DNA of 64,000 bases from Marsupella aquatica (lineage: Eukaryota > Plantae > Marchantiophyta), in assembly GCA_973895155.1 (NCBI GenBank), contig OZ316892.1, positions 2,607,223 through 2,671,222 of the forward strand, written 5' to 3'. Of the stretch, positions 1 through 13,010 are shown piece by piece; positions within the stretch are counted from its first letter, which is position 1; every line of letters starts with the position of its first letter. The notes beneath the pieces are model-generated. The model ran no database searches. It saw nothing but the letters and a program-made list of their open reading frames with translations, and was not told the origin of the DNA. The translations under genes were made by a program, and so were the position numbers.

Positions 1-2031
1 CAAGTAAGCGAAAAAAAAGAGGGTAAACTAGTCGTGAAAGAAATAACCTTTGGATGGGTTGTGATTGGTATATCAGTGTTTTCTGGTGATCTGTTTCAAT
101 TTTCTATTTAATCTAACATTTTAAAAATAATGATGAATAGAAAGAAACACTTCAACTACTTTAACATTTACCAAGGTAATCTAAGAAACCCCAAAAAAAT
201 TCAACTTCTCTAACAGTTTCCAAGGTAACTTAAGAAACCTAAGGCTACTATGGATAGAGGAGTAACAAGCAAAAATAAGAAACACCATAACTACTATGGG
301 CATAGGAATACCAAGGGACTCTAAGACCCTTGAATTACTATGGACAAATGAATATTTTGCTATGAAATGTTTCATATATTGTATACACATAGAGGTAGGG
401 ATAGAGGTACCAAGGGAAATGTTTTGCATGGAGTATTACCCTTAGTATTACCATGAACCATATTTGTAAATATACTAACTCCTATTTGTCTTCAATGAAA
501 TTATCCTAACTATCTTTAAAACTCATTTCATTTAGGATTCTCCATTTAATCTTTGTCTTCTCATCTATTTATTTCAATGTGCAACTCTTCATGACTCCAA
601 ATAGTTCAATAAAACAAGCTTACGTAACTAAAGGGTCCTTCAACTAATTCTTGGATTGATAATGCAACTTGATGACACAATTTTAACAATGTACAAAGAT
701 TAAAGTAGATAAATTTGCTGCATGGAGATCTCAACTTTAACAACAGGCAAATAACAAAAAATGTTCTTTTGCATTATGACTTTAGGTAAACCTCCTTAAC
801 CTTGAGGTGGGGGCCTCCACAAACTATGTAATTTAGTCGTAGTTGTCACATTTTGCTCTACCGACAGCCCCCTGGCAATATGCATGAATTCTTGGAGTGG
901 GAATTATTTTGATGTTTGGCTCTCAACAAAATTATGCAGAAAGTCCCCAAAAATAAATTTGTGATGAGTGAAGATTGGAAAAAAACCAAATGCAAGCTAA
1001 GCCAACCCAGAAAACATATATAATAATAATAAATAAATAAATAAATAAATCCAAGGCTTTCCTCACTGCTGGCCCGAATAGTAGAATGGAAATCCTGTAG
1101 ATCTATTTTTCTCTTCTGCAGGATAAGGCCAATGCCCATAATGTGGCCTGCAGGTGAGTTTGACCGGTGCAAAGACATTTTGAATTCATTTTTCCAGTCT
1201 CAGTAACAACCGGGAGGTGGGAAGAATTGACCATGGAGAAATGGTGAGGGAAGAATTGACCATGCATAAATGGTGAGTCCTGCAACATGAGTGTGCAGGC
1301 TAGGCACAGGGACTTCCCACTCATTCTTCACACGAATCTGTCCAAATCTTAACTCCGCCTGCCCTGAGACTCAATTGCCCTGAGACTCAATACAGGCTAT
1401 ATTTCTTGAGACGTCCTATTATAGGCAATAACAGACCCCCAAAATTCAAACTCGTTCTGTGCAATATATTGCACAAGGCCCTATTAATAAGAAGACATCG
1501 AGTATAATCGTATATCGTATGAGCATTTCCGTAGTAAACTAAATCAGGGCGGCCATGCCCGTTGTGCCATCCCCAACGACATGACATACCATGCCCATCC
1601 CCAGTCCCGCCTTTCCCGGGACTTTCAAAAGTGGCCCAGGAGATTATCCATAGGGCAGCCCAGAAAATTATCCGACTTCCCTCCAAAACTCGTCGAGAAA
1701 TTGGAAATTATTTTGGCCAGATTTCAGGCAAAGGAAATCCCGCCCAAAAATCCTTGCAGGAAAGAGCCCAGCTTTTCAGGACACGCATCCAACCGGGCAG
1801 CCGGGCACCCGTCAGCATCTCCGCGGCCCCGCCAGACAAGTCACGACCAGACAACGACACTTGGGGCAGGGGCATGTTCCTAATGATCAGGATTGTTCTC
1901 ATACAGTCCTGTACTGTGCGCGTTTAGAACAGTCGCACATTGGTGCCGTGTCGGTGTTCTAGTGGGAAACGAAAAGCGCGACTGCAGGGAGCCTGACCGG
2001 GACCTCTGCCCCTCTCCCAGTCCCGCCCATT

Positions 2032-2716
2032 CCCGGTTTGAGCTGTCGGACAACTTGTCGTGTTGTTGGACACGACAACTTGTCATTTGTCGCCTGAAAA
2101 TGACCCTATTTGTCGCATATTCCTTTTTATGCCCCGGCCCGGCCCATTCCCTCCCCGACTCTTCCCGGCCCCTTCCATTCCCGGCTCGGTCCGGCACCCG
2201 GGTCGGCCCGGTCTCTTCCCGGCCCCACACCCGGCCCGGCCTCACAAACACTAGGTGAGGGCGGGCCGAGTGCGGGGCCGGGCGGGATGCGGGGCCGGGA
2301 ATGGGAGGGGCCGGGCCAGGAAGGGGCAGGGCCGGGCCGGGAATGGGAGGGCCGGGCCGGGAATGGGCAGGGGCAGGGCCGGGAAGGGAAGGGGCCGGGA
2401 AGGGGAGGGGTAGGGCCGGGCCGGGAAGGGGGAGGGGGAGGGGGAGGGCCGGGCCGGGAAGGGGGAGGGGAAGGGAAGAGGCCGGGAAGGGGAGGGGTAG
2501 GGCCGGGCCGGGAAGGGGGAGGGGAAGGGAAGAGGCCGGGAAGGGGAGGGGGAGGGAAGGGGAAGGGGCAGGGCCGGGAAGGGAAGTAGCCGGGCCGGGA
2601 ATTACCGGCCGGGAATTACCGGCCGGGAGCCGGACCGGGGACCGGGGTGGACCGGGTGACAACTTGTCGGTTGTAGAGTCCAAAGGCCTCTATTTGTCGG
2701 ACAAGTCCAAACCGGG
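2032..2716. mobile_element. Non-autonomous TIR element (MITE), 685 bp, very GC-rich interior, 8-bp TSD
   Basis: Left end CCCGGTTTGAGCTGTCGGACAA matches the reverse complement of the right end, CCCGGTTTGGACTTGTCCGACAA. CGCCCATT is duplicated at 2024-2031 and 2717-2724. Subterminal GACAACTTGTC palindromes occur near both ends. Confidence 0.8.
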
Positions 2717-5700
2717 CGCCCATTCCAGGGCTGTGCACAGTGCCCTGCCCGAGCTGCTCGCCCCACTTTTTCAACAATACCAACACCATTTTTGGGAGGT
2801 CGAAAATGTCTGCTCCGGGGCCCCATTAGGGCATCTCAAATAAGTCCATTTTTTGGGTTTTGCGCTTTTGCATGTTGTGATTAGGGATAACAATCATAAC
2901 TGGTCCTCGGATGATCATGAACAGGGTCTTTGGATGATCTCGAACCTGATCCTCGGATGATCGCAAACCGGGTGATCATCCGAACCGTGCTCATTTGGAT
3001 GTTGCGGTTTGTGATAACAGTCATACTCGGGATGGCCCCAATTTTACACTAAACACAATAGTATTCAATGTGTCATGAGCCACTCATTTTCCAGTACCCC
3101 AAAAAATAATTATTCATTTGTACCCTGTTGAGCTATTACCAATTGACTCCCGGGCCTCCCATGAGGTGCCAATTTTTTTAAAGTTTTGAGACCTTCTATT
3201 GCATTTCATGATGTTTTAATTTGCTGTAACGAATCAATACTGACCATATCATGTCCACTGTAGTTCTCCTCAAATCATACCCAATGGCCAGCAAGGCAGA
3301 CGGTGATGACGAAGCACAGGTCGTGCGAGACTAAAAGTAACTAGGCTGCACGGAGAAAGAAGAGACGGTGCTGTCACAGTAGCTATCGATTTGGATCGGA
3401 ACCAAATCCTCAAACATTCTAGCGCCCGGCCACTTACTATGCACGACCCCGATGCTCTCCATGGACGGTGATGCAAAATCGGGAGATCTACAATTCAGCA
3501 TGCAAGGTACAGAAAGGAAAGATGTGCACGGATCAGATCAAATAATAAGTGCTTGTTGTAAAGGAAACGAGACGGCCCATTTCTGCGCGCCCCCTTTCTT
3601 GGATTCAGAGGATTGTACAGGAGTGCAGATCTTCTGCTGTACAAAATACCTGATCCATTTTTCCTTCGTGAATTCGTGATGTTTCTCATTGTCAATTTCA
3701 GTGCCTTTATGAGAAAGAATGGGCACTCAAGATTGGGCATTCATGAGACTTGGATCAGTTCATTAGTTAAATTTTACTCTTCTGTTTATAAAAATAGGCA
3801 CTATTTTTAAGTTTCACAGCATTCGTGAGATTCATGAATAAAATACTACTCTTCTATTTGTAAAAATAGGCAAAAAAAAATGAAATCTCTGAGATCTTTA
3901 AGTGTATTAAAGTCATGTTACCATCACAATATGGCAACTAATGAAAACTCAATCTCTCTGGGTTTAGGGAGGGTATATTTAGGATACAATTGTTTTCACA
4001 GTCAATTTATATAATAATAAAAAACTATTTCTCAGGAAGGTTCATCTAATTTTGAGATTAGAGACCCCCTAACAAGCACTTTGAATGGTTACCCACAGTT
4101 GAGCCTCATTTTGTTTCACACAAACCAGAATATCTTAGGAACCTTAGATCTCCTTCGTCACACAAGGTGACATTGCCACAGTGGAGAAAGGAAAGAAACC
4201 TCATTTTCTCTCACGGTTGGAGATGCTTTCACCCAAGTACCAACTCCTCCTCTCTGGACGCATCGTTGAACTAATGTATTAATGGTTGTCGAGAGATTTG
4301 AATTGAGCTAGATTTGAGGGGCATAGGAGTTGTAACCCCCGGCAGTGTGCAGCGGAGACGTTGAATTGTTGAAAGTTGAAACAGTCAGAGGAATGATTAT
4401 ACTTTCGTTTTTTAATCTGTAGTTTTATATGATCGATGCCTAGCGTCAGCATTCTTGCACAGACGAGCAGAGCCATAAATGCCACGGCCGCCGCAGCCAG
4501 AGCAATTGAGCAAACATTCTCTCAAGTCTCAATGACTCAATATCTCGTCGTCAGAATGCAGACATTCGGCCATTGGATCTTCTCGAGTTATGGCTCTATG
4601 AAAGTAACGAACAAACGACGACATTCAATGATGGCTGCTGAGGGAAATGCGCGGCCGTGTTTACTGACCTTCTTTTGGTTCCGTTAATCCGTTCACTAGC
4701 TGGCGAAACCTCTAGGCCGTCGATTTCAGAATCTTAACGGCTCCGAATTGGCAGATTCAAATCCGAAGTTGTGTAGTTCAAAAAACATGCTAAAGAAAGA
4801 TGAGGGCTGAATTAAGAAAAGACTAAACCGTTACTATTTGTTCGATTGAGATTTGGCGGCGAGTAAATTGTCAATTGTATTGAATAACCGCCGATGTCGA
4901 TCTCGGCGGGTATTATGGTTGCGTTGAAAAGTATTCACTTCATTTTTGGGGGATTTCCTGAATTAACATGATCAGCTTATTTTTTAAGGTTTTTTCTTTC
5001 TCGCCACAGTGATTAATGTCTTGTGTAGTTGCGTTTGAAGAAGAATATGATCAAAATATTATTTATTGGATTATTTTTTGATTATCAAATCTCCCTAAAT
5101 TTAAGGATGACAATTAAATTTTGGGGTGATGTTTGTGATTAGATGGGACACTGGCTAATGAGACAACAAAATACTACAGCCATTTCAAATTTTTGACACT
5201 TCAAAAATATGGAATCTGGCAAAATTTTGCAACTTAAAAAAAAAAATCTGATCATGATACAAACCAGAGAATTTTTTTCTTTTCCCCCAGGGTAACAAAT
5301 GTCACATTGTGTGAAAGATGATGATAGAATTACTACATAATTTTTGGACGTCAATTTTTGGGACGTCAAATCTCTCCAGAATTGAAGATATCTGTAAGAG
5401 TCTGAATGCTGAAATCTGGCAAGGTGTGAAAAGTGTCTAATGGAAGGGAAATTTTTGTGAATTAAGAGTTTCAGGAAGGTGGAATCTATCAAATTCTTGC
5501 CCTAAGATACTGATACAAATGGATGGATAGTGGGTGTGGTAAGGAGGTATGCTGCTGCTTGGAAGACTGTAGGTTTGACAATGTAATTTGGATGGACAGA
5601 GTAGCTAAAATTCCGTCGAGTCGGTTATTGACCACCATATTTCTCAGATTGGAATATTGGTTTTGATGTGGTGAAACAGGATAGTTTTCAGTGGCAAAAA

Positions 5701-8200
5701 GTCCCCAAATTCAGATATCTTCAATTCTGAATGAAGTGGCTAAACATCATTTCATCACTTTCCCACCACACCATATGGTTCATTAGCCACAATGTGACCG
5801 AGTCTCCCTACATCTCTAGAGATCTAGAAGTCCCCAATAAATCTAGAGAATTTATGTAAAGAATATTCTTAACATCTCCTCCTTTGCTCAAGATCCCATA
5901 GCAAAGAGTTCCACTTCAATGACATCAAATTCCAACTGTCATCCCAGTCCAGGATATGTGTTAAACTTACCGTGGACATCGAACAAATGCCAGCAGTTTC
6001 CTGAAGAGAATGCACCTGGAGTGTGGAGATTTTATGCCCTGTTTGCAACCTCACAACGGCCAAGGGTTGTCCCTCTCGTTTGGTGTGCATTTATCTACTA
6101 AGTAGTCTTATTTCGAGTGCATGACTTTCCTGTCCTCCATAATAAAATGCAAGAAGGGGTTGGAGATATCTCAACACCTATATTTTGACTCAGATAACAT
6201 TAATGATGGACAACCGCATCTCCTTTCCAACTCTTTTGCTACAACAAAATGGAGGGAGACACTTCTTTGCTGAAGCAGTGTGTAGGAATTTCCTCCTTAA
6301 AGTACTCTGGGTATCCAGTACAAATCATTTCACATGTAGTACAATCCTATTTATACAAAATCATATGATAAATCTGGAAACTTTTGGGTGTCAGTTGGCA
6401 TTTTTATTAGTTGACCATGGCAGGGAAACCTAGTAGTACTATTAATGTTGCATCTAGAAATAGTCATATTTTTAAAGAAATCACCAAAAAAGTTTGTAAG
6501 GGTAGTAGGCGTCATCATAATTATGCAAAGTGAGTGGAGGAACTTGCAAGGTAGCTCTATTGTTCACGTAGGCAAATGAGTAGTGGCCTGTTAGGGGTCC
6601 TTCTTAGACTGACAGAGATGGTTCAAAGAATTTTGGGGGCTGACACTGAAGCAGCCATACTCCACTGAAGCAGGGCATACAGTGAACATTAGCGAGAGGA
6701 AAGGGCTGTAACACAGATGAGAATGATGAATATAAATAATGCAGAAATATGTAATTTCCAAGAAGGGCTGATGTCAAAAACATCAATCCTATGGACCAAG
6801 TACTGTTTGACACCCAAAACGGTTGCAGGTGCGTATCCTAATATGTTGTCAAATGTGGTGATCCATGGTTTAACTAGTCCATTACCCATGTTATGCAATG
6901 CCTTTTGAGGGATCCTTACCTAAAATCCCCATGCCAGATAAATTTTAGGTCAGCAATATTAGACTCCAATTGTTAATTATAGTATAGTGTAGATAGATAG
7001 ATTCCAGTTCAGATTAAAGTATTTAAAATGAGTTTTATTCTTATGACATCACACCATCACACTTTTGCCAATCTTTAAGAACTTCATGCAATGGCCTCTA
7101 TGGTGGCTTCCATCGAATTGACACAGTCCACATGATTGGTCCAAGTAATATATTTCTGGAGTCTTTTGCTATATTGAAACCCTGTCCAAATTGCAGTGAA
7201 TTACATATCACAAATGGCACAAAAGTTTGCTATCACGGATTCACTAGTTTATTTCTTTTGAGTTTCCTTGGAGCAGGGCTCAGGCTAGAACCCCTGCTTA
7301 GACGTGCATCACAGTATGTAATTTCTGTCTGAAAAAAAGTTACTTCTTGGCAATAGATTACGAGAATAGCAAAAAGACTCCATAAATGTTTACATGCGAG
7401 GAACGGGCCTTCCAAAAGAATTCACGATTATGGAGAAACTGATATGGGAGTATCATTCTACGTATCTATCTCACTATATTTGAGTCACGTGACATAATCT
7501 TCTCTGCCTGCCATGTCGAGCCAAGTCGATGCGAGCTGTGGAGGTGTCTGTTCGTTCCCAAATTCAGTTAGAAATTGTTGCTGACATGGTGGCCGCATCT
7601 ACTCCGCCATTTCACTGCTTCAGTAACGACGACGCAGTTGGAAAGTGCCAAGAGGGAATCGCCATTTTCACTGTAACGGGAAATTGGTGATGAGACGACG
7701 CTCTGAGAGATTCTAGTGCTTCAGTACCGACACCAAGTCGGAATTGCCGAGAGGCAAGAATGGTGGATGGATCCACGTCTGCTAATTACTGTAGTGTCTT
7801 TTCTGTAACGGGAAATTAGTGGTGAGACTACTGTACATCTGGGCGATTTAGAGGGGACCATGGTGCAAGGATCCACGCCTCCACGACCGCCATTTTAGAG
7901 CTTCAGTAATGACCGGAGGTGGCGAAGAGAACGATGACGACTGGATTGCATCAATCACATGAATGAAAAAGATGGGAATCTGGGAATCTGGGAAGGACTG
8001 AAAGGGTACTGAATCCTCACTCGTGTGAAGGGCAGGCAGAGCTCTTAAATTGATCAGAGACGGACCTCCGCCAGCGTTTGTGAGAACTGAGAACCTCCTG
8101 TAGATCACTTCTAGAGTTCGACTGTAGACACGACGATCGATGGAGTGGAGGAGAGGGTTTCTTGTGTGACGGGTGTACGAGGTTCTGGACGACCGACGAC

Positions 8201-9009
8201 GGTTCCTGGAGACCTCATTTATGACTCCCAAGTGGGTCCACCAAGGGCCCACTTCTCTCGTTACCACACCACCATGTGAATATGGTGAAAATGTCTCCAG
8301 TTCCGTAACGTCTATGACGGAGCCCCTTCCTTTTGGCAACTGAAATAAACCAAAACTGCCTGACGGAACTAAACCCATCTCCTCTTACCCCAACCCAACA
8401 TAAACCTGTCCGTCCAGCCAAAGGCTAACCAGCAGTAAACACAACATGCTCGACAAGATGCCCACCATGGTGGCAGTCACCATAGTCACAGTTGCTGCAG
8501 TAGTGTTCGCCATTAGTTGCCGCCCTTCCAGAAGAAACTTTTTTGAACAAAGACATGCACTTTGTGAACAAGTGCCACCCAAGAGGAGATGTGACTGCTG
8601 GATCAAAATGTTACAGAACTGAGAAATGATGCCACCAAAATTGCATCCTTTTTGTTTTTTTTTCTATGTTTTGAACAAATACATAGGGTTGGATGTATCT
8701 AACGAAATTTGAATGAAGACATATCGGTGGATGTCTTCAAAAAGGGTGACAACCAGTGGTTAATTACTGCCACCGTGTGCGTCCTGGGTTTACTGTGGGT
8801 TGGACTGTGGCAGGATGGGTTTGTGCTGGGTTGGGTTAAGTTTAGTTCAGTCAGGGAAGTATGGGGTTCTGTGTGTTGCCTTTTGAACTCGGTTTAGGAG
8901 ATTAATGAACAGGAAAGACATTTTTACCAAGTTTAGTTATATGGTAACTAGAGTGAGTGGGCCCTTGGTGGGTCCTGTTAATAGACATTAATGAGTTTTT
9001 CAGAAATCC
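8201..9009. mobile_element. Old foldback/Mutator-like non-autonomous element with long degenerate inverted arms
   Basis: ~8201-8480 aligns in inverted orientation with ~8765-9009 (e.g. CCACCAAGGGCCCACT / AGTGGGCCCTTGGTGG, and CCCAACCCA / TGGGTTGGG). No TSD is recognisable. Confidence 0.6.
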
Positions 9010-10500
9010 AGAATGGCAGAATTGGAAGAGGATCCGGTTCCCTTTCGACATTAATTATTATTAGAGTTTCTCAGCGCTGTCTACATTCCATCATTGGGAG
9101 AGGAGGAAGAGCGCGTCGGTCGGGCTGTCGGGTCGAGTCGGTCGGTCGGTCCTATGCTCGTACCAACTGGATGGACGGATTCGGTTGACGTTATCGAGGT
9201 CAAGGTGATGGATTGATAAAACTCAAAAAGAGCAAGAGGAGATCATTCTTTTCCACTACCCCACGTATGGTGCCTTTGGTGACATTGATTGGTGACTCCT
9301 TAGCAACGATCTGATTCTGCTGACTGGCTCCATTCGTCTCAACTCTCCCCTAGTCTCTCATCCACCACTACTCTACCTGCCGAGGTGGGATCATTCAATT
9401 TCCTTGACATGGTTTGGTAGCTGAGATTGGCTGACTGAGCTGCTCGGTGGAACGAGAGAGAAGAGTGGTAGGACAGAAGATGGCAATTCTGTGAGTCCAC
9501 TACAGTTGATCATCCATTTATGCGAACGACTGTGTAACAGCCAAGTTGCCGTTGGGGGTGTGGAGAACTGGGTTCTACCGTGCTTATCAGGGACGATCGA
9601 TCTCTGAACATTGCCACATTCGCGTAATCCCATAATTACACCTCTCCTCGGGATTCGAGGAGGTGAGTAAAGAAAGGGGTTCTGAAACGCGTTCCAGTCG
9701 GTAAGAGTCGCATGCGTAGCCCCTTGCACAACGCGGCTGAATTACGTTCATTCCGACGTCAAGAGCACTGGTACTGCATGCCAACAAAGGCTTCGATTGA
9801 TGTGTAATTCGATAGTTCGTGGACTCTTAACGACAACTGAACTCGTGCCACACTCCGAAGCAACGAATCCTTTCAAGTAGAATACATTCCGTGCTCTTCT
9901 TGAAAGGTTTTCCAGGGACACTCGTCCCAGGGGATTCGAAGGTGTTGAGGTGGAGGGCTTGGTCTGTTGGATCCGCGGAGGTCTGGTACTTTGGTTTCAT
10001 TGCGTGCTGTGACAGGACGGTAGAGCACATTCAGAGCACATTTGGTTCTGGATTCATTCAACTGAGGTTTTGAGTGTGGACAATGGATCTGTCCATCTCA
10101 TCCTGGGATTCACAATTCAGTGGGAAAACGTAGCCTGTAAGGATTTAGACGATCTGAGGTCTCGTCTCGTGTCTGGCCTGTGGGTCGCTTCTAGTGGGTG
10201 TAAGTCGAGGCGGTCCTACACTGCAGGCGATCGTTGCCACTAACGCGTTGTCCTCTCTCTAGCATTCTTCGCCAGAGTATGTCTGTTGGCAGACCAAGAA
10301 GTTCGCCAGCTGCTGCTTGAGTTTTCTCGTGGAGTTCAGCATCATTCCCCACGTACAATTCTCCAGAGTCCGTGCTACTCCCACGCCTGACCAGGAAAAT
10401 CTGTCACAACACCCAAGTAACGTCCGTGTGGACCACCCGTCTGAGGTGTCGAGAGACGTGCCGAGGAGTGCTTTCCTGCAAAAGTGACGACTAAGTAAGT

Positions 10501-12099
10501 ATGTCTCGCTACGCGCGCCTGAAGGAGGTGGGATTCGTCGTGGATGACGCAGAGCTGTTCGGGGTCCGAGATGTGGGTGTGCATTTCTTAGACAAGCTTA
10601 CAGAAGGAGATGCAGTACGACACTCAGCTGAGGCCGAACGTGCCCACCAGCTGAAGAGTATTCACGATCACATCAACTCAGTTCAATCCACTGAGCTCGC
10701 CACTGAGATTTTCAGCAAGCTGCAAAACTCGAAAGGGTATCCTGACGATCGCCTTGCTCAGCAGCAGCAGGAAAAGCAGAATATCGAGAATGGGAATCCG
10801 AATGTCTGTTCACCTGATCGCACAACGCACCCCAACGTTGTGGCCATCTGTTCCCACAGCTCTACTGCAACTGGTGCCTCTCTGCAGGAACAGCAGTTGC
10901 AAGCAGGCGGAGGAAGGGGAGGAGCTTCACCTAGCGGTCGATGGGTCGGACGAAACATCGAAGAACGCAGTGGTAGATGGCGGACTGTGGGATGCGAAAC
11001 TCACCTTAGGGACAATTCCGCCAGCGTTCTGGATAGTGGTAACATTAATTCTAGTGGACCATCGGCAAGGTCAACATGCAGTCACTGGACCCCGTCCATT
11101 CAGCGAGGGACTTTGTACCGAGACCGAGACCCAGCCCTAGATCATCAGTCTCACGAACCACTCTCATTCAGAGGAGGAACTCAACCTCAACAATTTCAAT
11201 CTCAAGATAAACACTCCTGTAGTCTGCATTCCCCTTGTGTCGATGTCCGTCAATGCCAGAGATTCCCGAAAGAATCGTCATCCCGAGAGGGTCAGTTGAA
11301 CCCGGAAAGGAGGTCTGTTCCCTCCATAATGCATCCCAGGTCAGACGCTTCTCAATGTGGTTTCTTCCCTCAGGAGACTCCAAAGTTTCAGAGAAGTAGT
11401 TCGGCAAGAGGAGCTCCAGGCCTTCAGAGGAGTAGTTCCACGAGAGACACACCAGGGCAGCGGTCTGAGATGTCCATTGAGAATTGGCTCGATCAACCGT
11501 CGTCCAGAAGCTCTCTTGAATTCAACAAAACGAAGCCCCGCGTGAGCTTTTCCTTGACGGAAAAGCACGAGGTGGAGACGCAAAAGCTGCGTGAAAAGTT
11601 TAGGGAGCCGATTGCCCATAGCAAGAAAGCCTCACAACCGAAGCAGCAGACTACAAAGCAGCAGCCGCTTCGCTACAACTACGAGCAGCCAGGCTTCGTC
11701 GAGCGCGAGAAAGAGAACATTTGTGCTGGAAAGGCTTACACAATCTATGGAGTGAACGAGGTTAAGGACTGCCCCAAAGGGCCTTCTGTGCGCCATCACC
11801 ATCTCATGCGAGCATTCTCAGTTCGAGAGAACGGTACATCCTACACAAAGATGCCGCGGGCATGCTCTGTCAATGCTGGAGGGAGGAATGTAATGCCGAT
11901 GGAGTGCGACACCTGTGGTAAGGGTGGCATAGGCATTGTCTTCCTCGGAGTACCTGGGGACGATGCTAGCTTTTGTAGAACTTGCAAATCTTCTTCTGGA
12001 TCAGGATGGAGCTGTGGGGACAATAAACTTCCGAAGAAGAAGAAGTCCATCATGGACTACTGTCGGAAGGTGTTCAGGCTCCCACAAAAATCCAGATAA
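10501..12099 (+). CDS. Uncharacterised 532-aa single-exon protein: largely disordered S/Q/R-rich body, C-terminal CxxC-x19-CxxC motif and basic amphipathic tail
   Basis: Uninterrupted 1.6-kb ATG-to-TAA ORF in a GC-richer, coding-like context, preceded by a long UTR-like region. The C-terminus contains CDTC...CRTC and KKKKSIMDYCRKVFRL. No family recognised. Confidence 0.7.
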   Translation: MSRYARLKEVGFVVDDAELFGVRDVGVHFLDKLTEGDAVRHSAEAERAHQLKSIHDHINSVQSTELATEIFSKLQNSKGYPDDRLAQQQQEKQNIENGNPNVCSPDRTTHPNVVAICSHSSTATGASLQEQQLQAGGGRGGASPSGRWVGRNIEERSGRWRTVGCETHLRDNSASVLDSGNINSSGPSARSTCSHWTPSIQRGTLYRDRDPALDHQSHEPLSFRGGTQPQQFQSQDKHSCSLHSPCVDVRQCQRFPKESSSREGQLNPERRSVPSIMHPRSDASQCGFFPQETPKFQRSSSARGAPGLQRSSSTRDTPGQRSEMSIENWLDQPSSRSSLEFNKTKPRVSFSLTEKHEVETQKLREKFREPIAHSKKASQPKQQTTKQQPLRYNYEQPGFVEREKENICAGKAYTIYGVNEVKDCPKGPSVRHHHLMRAFSVRENGTSYTKMPRACSVNAGGRNVMPMECDTCGKGGIGIVFLGVPGDDASFCRTCKSSSGSGWSCGDNKLPKKKKSIMDYCRKVFRLPQKSR

Positions 12100-12696
12100 G
12101 GGTGTGTTTGAGCGTTCCTCTTGCGTACCTTTCTTGCGGAGGGCTTGGTCGATTGGTCAAACATCCTGAATCTCTAACTTTGGGATTTAGCAAAGCTAAA
12201 TTCTGACTGCTGCTGTCTGAGTTGGACCAGGCCATCCGATGTATACCCGAGATGTGTCCATCGAACAATTGTGTGATATGATAGCATTTGAGTCCCGGTC
12301 ATAGTCAATCCATTTCTGTAGTGTTGGTGATGTATCTTGCTCCGAAGCGCCGAAAGAGTTCCAATTTGATCTCCAGATTGTGTTGGACAGGATGGTTTAA
12401 ACTATATCAGAATTCTTGAATTGATGCCGTAGAAGTTCTACACATTTAAGCACGAGTTTGCCTGATGGATTACATGTGCATGTCGAAGCCTGAGCCATCT
12501 CCCATCTGGAGATTTCCGGTCTGGCAGCACGGCAACAGATTGCTGGCGTGTACATTCTCACATTCTCTTGGATGCTGTCATGATCCATTCTCCTGTCCGC
12601 TTCAAATTCTGCTGGGGATACCCGCCGGAGAATTTCCAGGGATCAGTGTTGGAATCTCGTCTCCAGATGTATCGATGCTGTGGGTCGGGGACGCGT

Positions 12697-13010
12697 ATCT
12701 TATGAATGTTGAAATCGCTTTAGGAAGTTGGAAGAGAGAGATCCGCGAACAAGGAGTTTCTTTGTAGGATGCTTCAGGAAGTCTGATGAGCTCTCTGCGA
12801 TCAATAACCAGAATTGATGTGACAGCCTCCAGGTGTTTCGCACTGTCGGGTCGGGAACGCAGTCTTATGAATGTTGAAATCGCTTTAGGAAGCTGGAAGA
12901 GAGAGATCCGCGAACAGCCACTGGAGTTTTCTTTGTATGAGGCTTTAGGAAGTCTGATGAGCTCTCTGCGATCAGTAACGAGAATTGAAGTGACAGCCTT
13001 TCAGGTGTTT
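12697..13010. repeat. ~170-bp direct duplication within the LRR relic
   Basis: TCTTATGAATGTTGAAATCGCTTTAGGAAG(T/C)TGGAAGAGAGAGATCCGCGAACA...AGGAAGTCTGATGAGCTCTCTGCGATCA occurs twice. Confidence 0.85.

Noticed and set aside
1880-2843. Long Pro-rich and Gly/Arg-rich ORFs (267, 180 and 159 aa)
   Set aside because: They are by-products of the stop-free GC-rich MITE interior, which is open in several frames on both strands.
2826-4230. Harbinger/Tourist-like ends (TTA-GGGCATCTCAA at 2826, TTGGAGATGCT at ~4217)
   Set aside because: I could not pair the ends with matching TSDs confidently.
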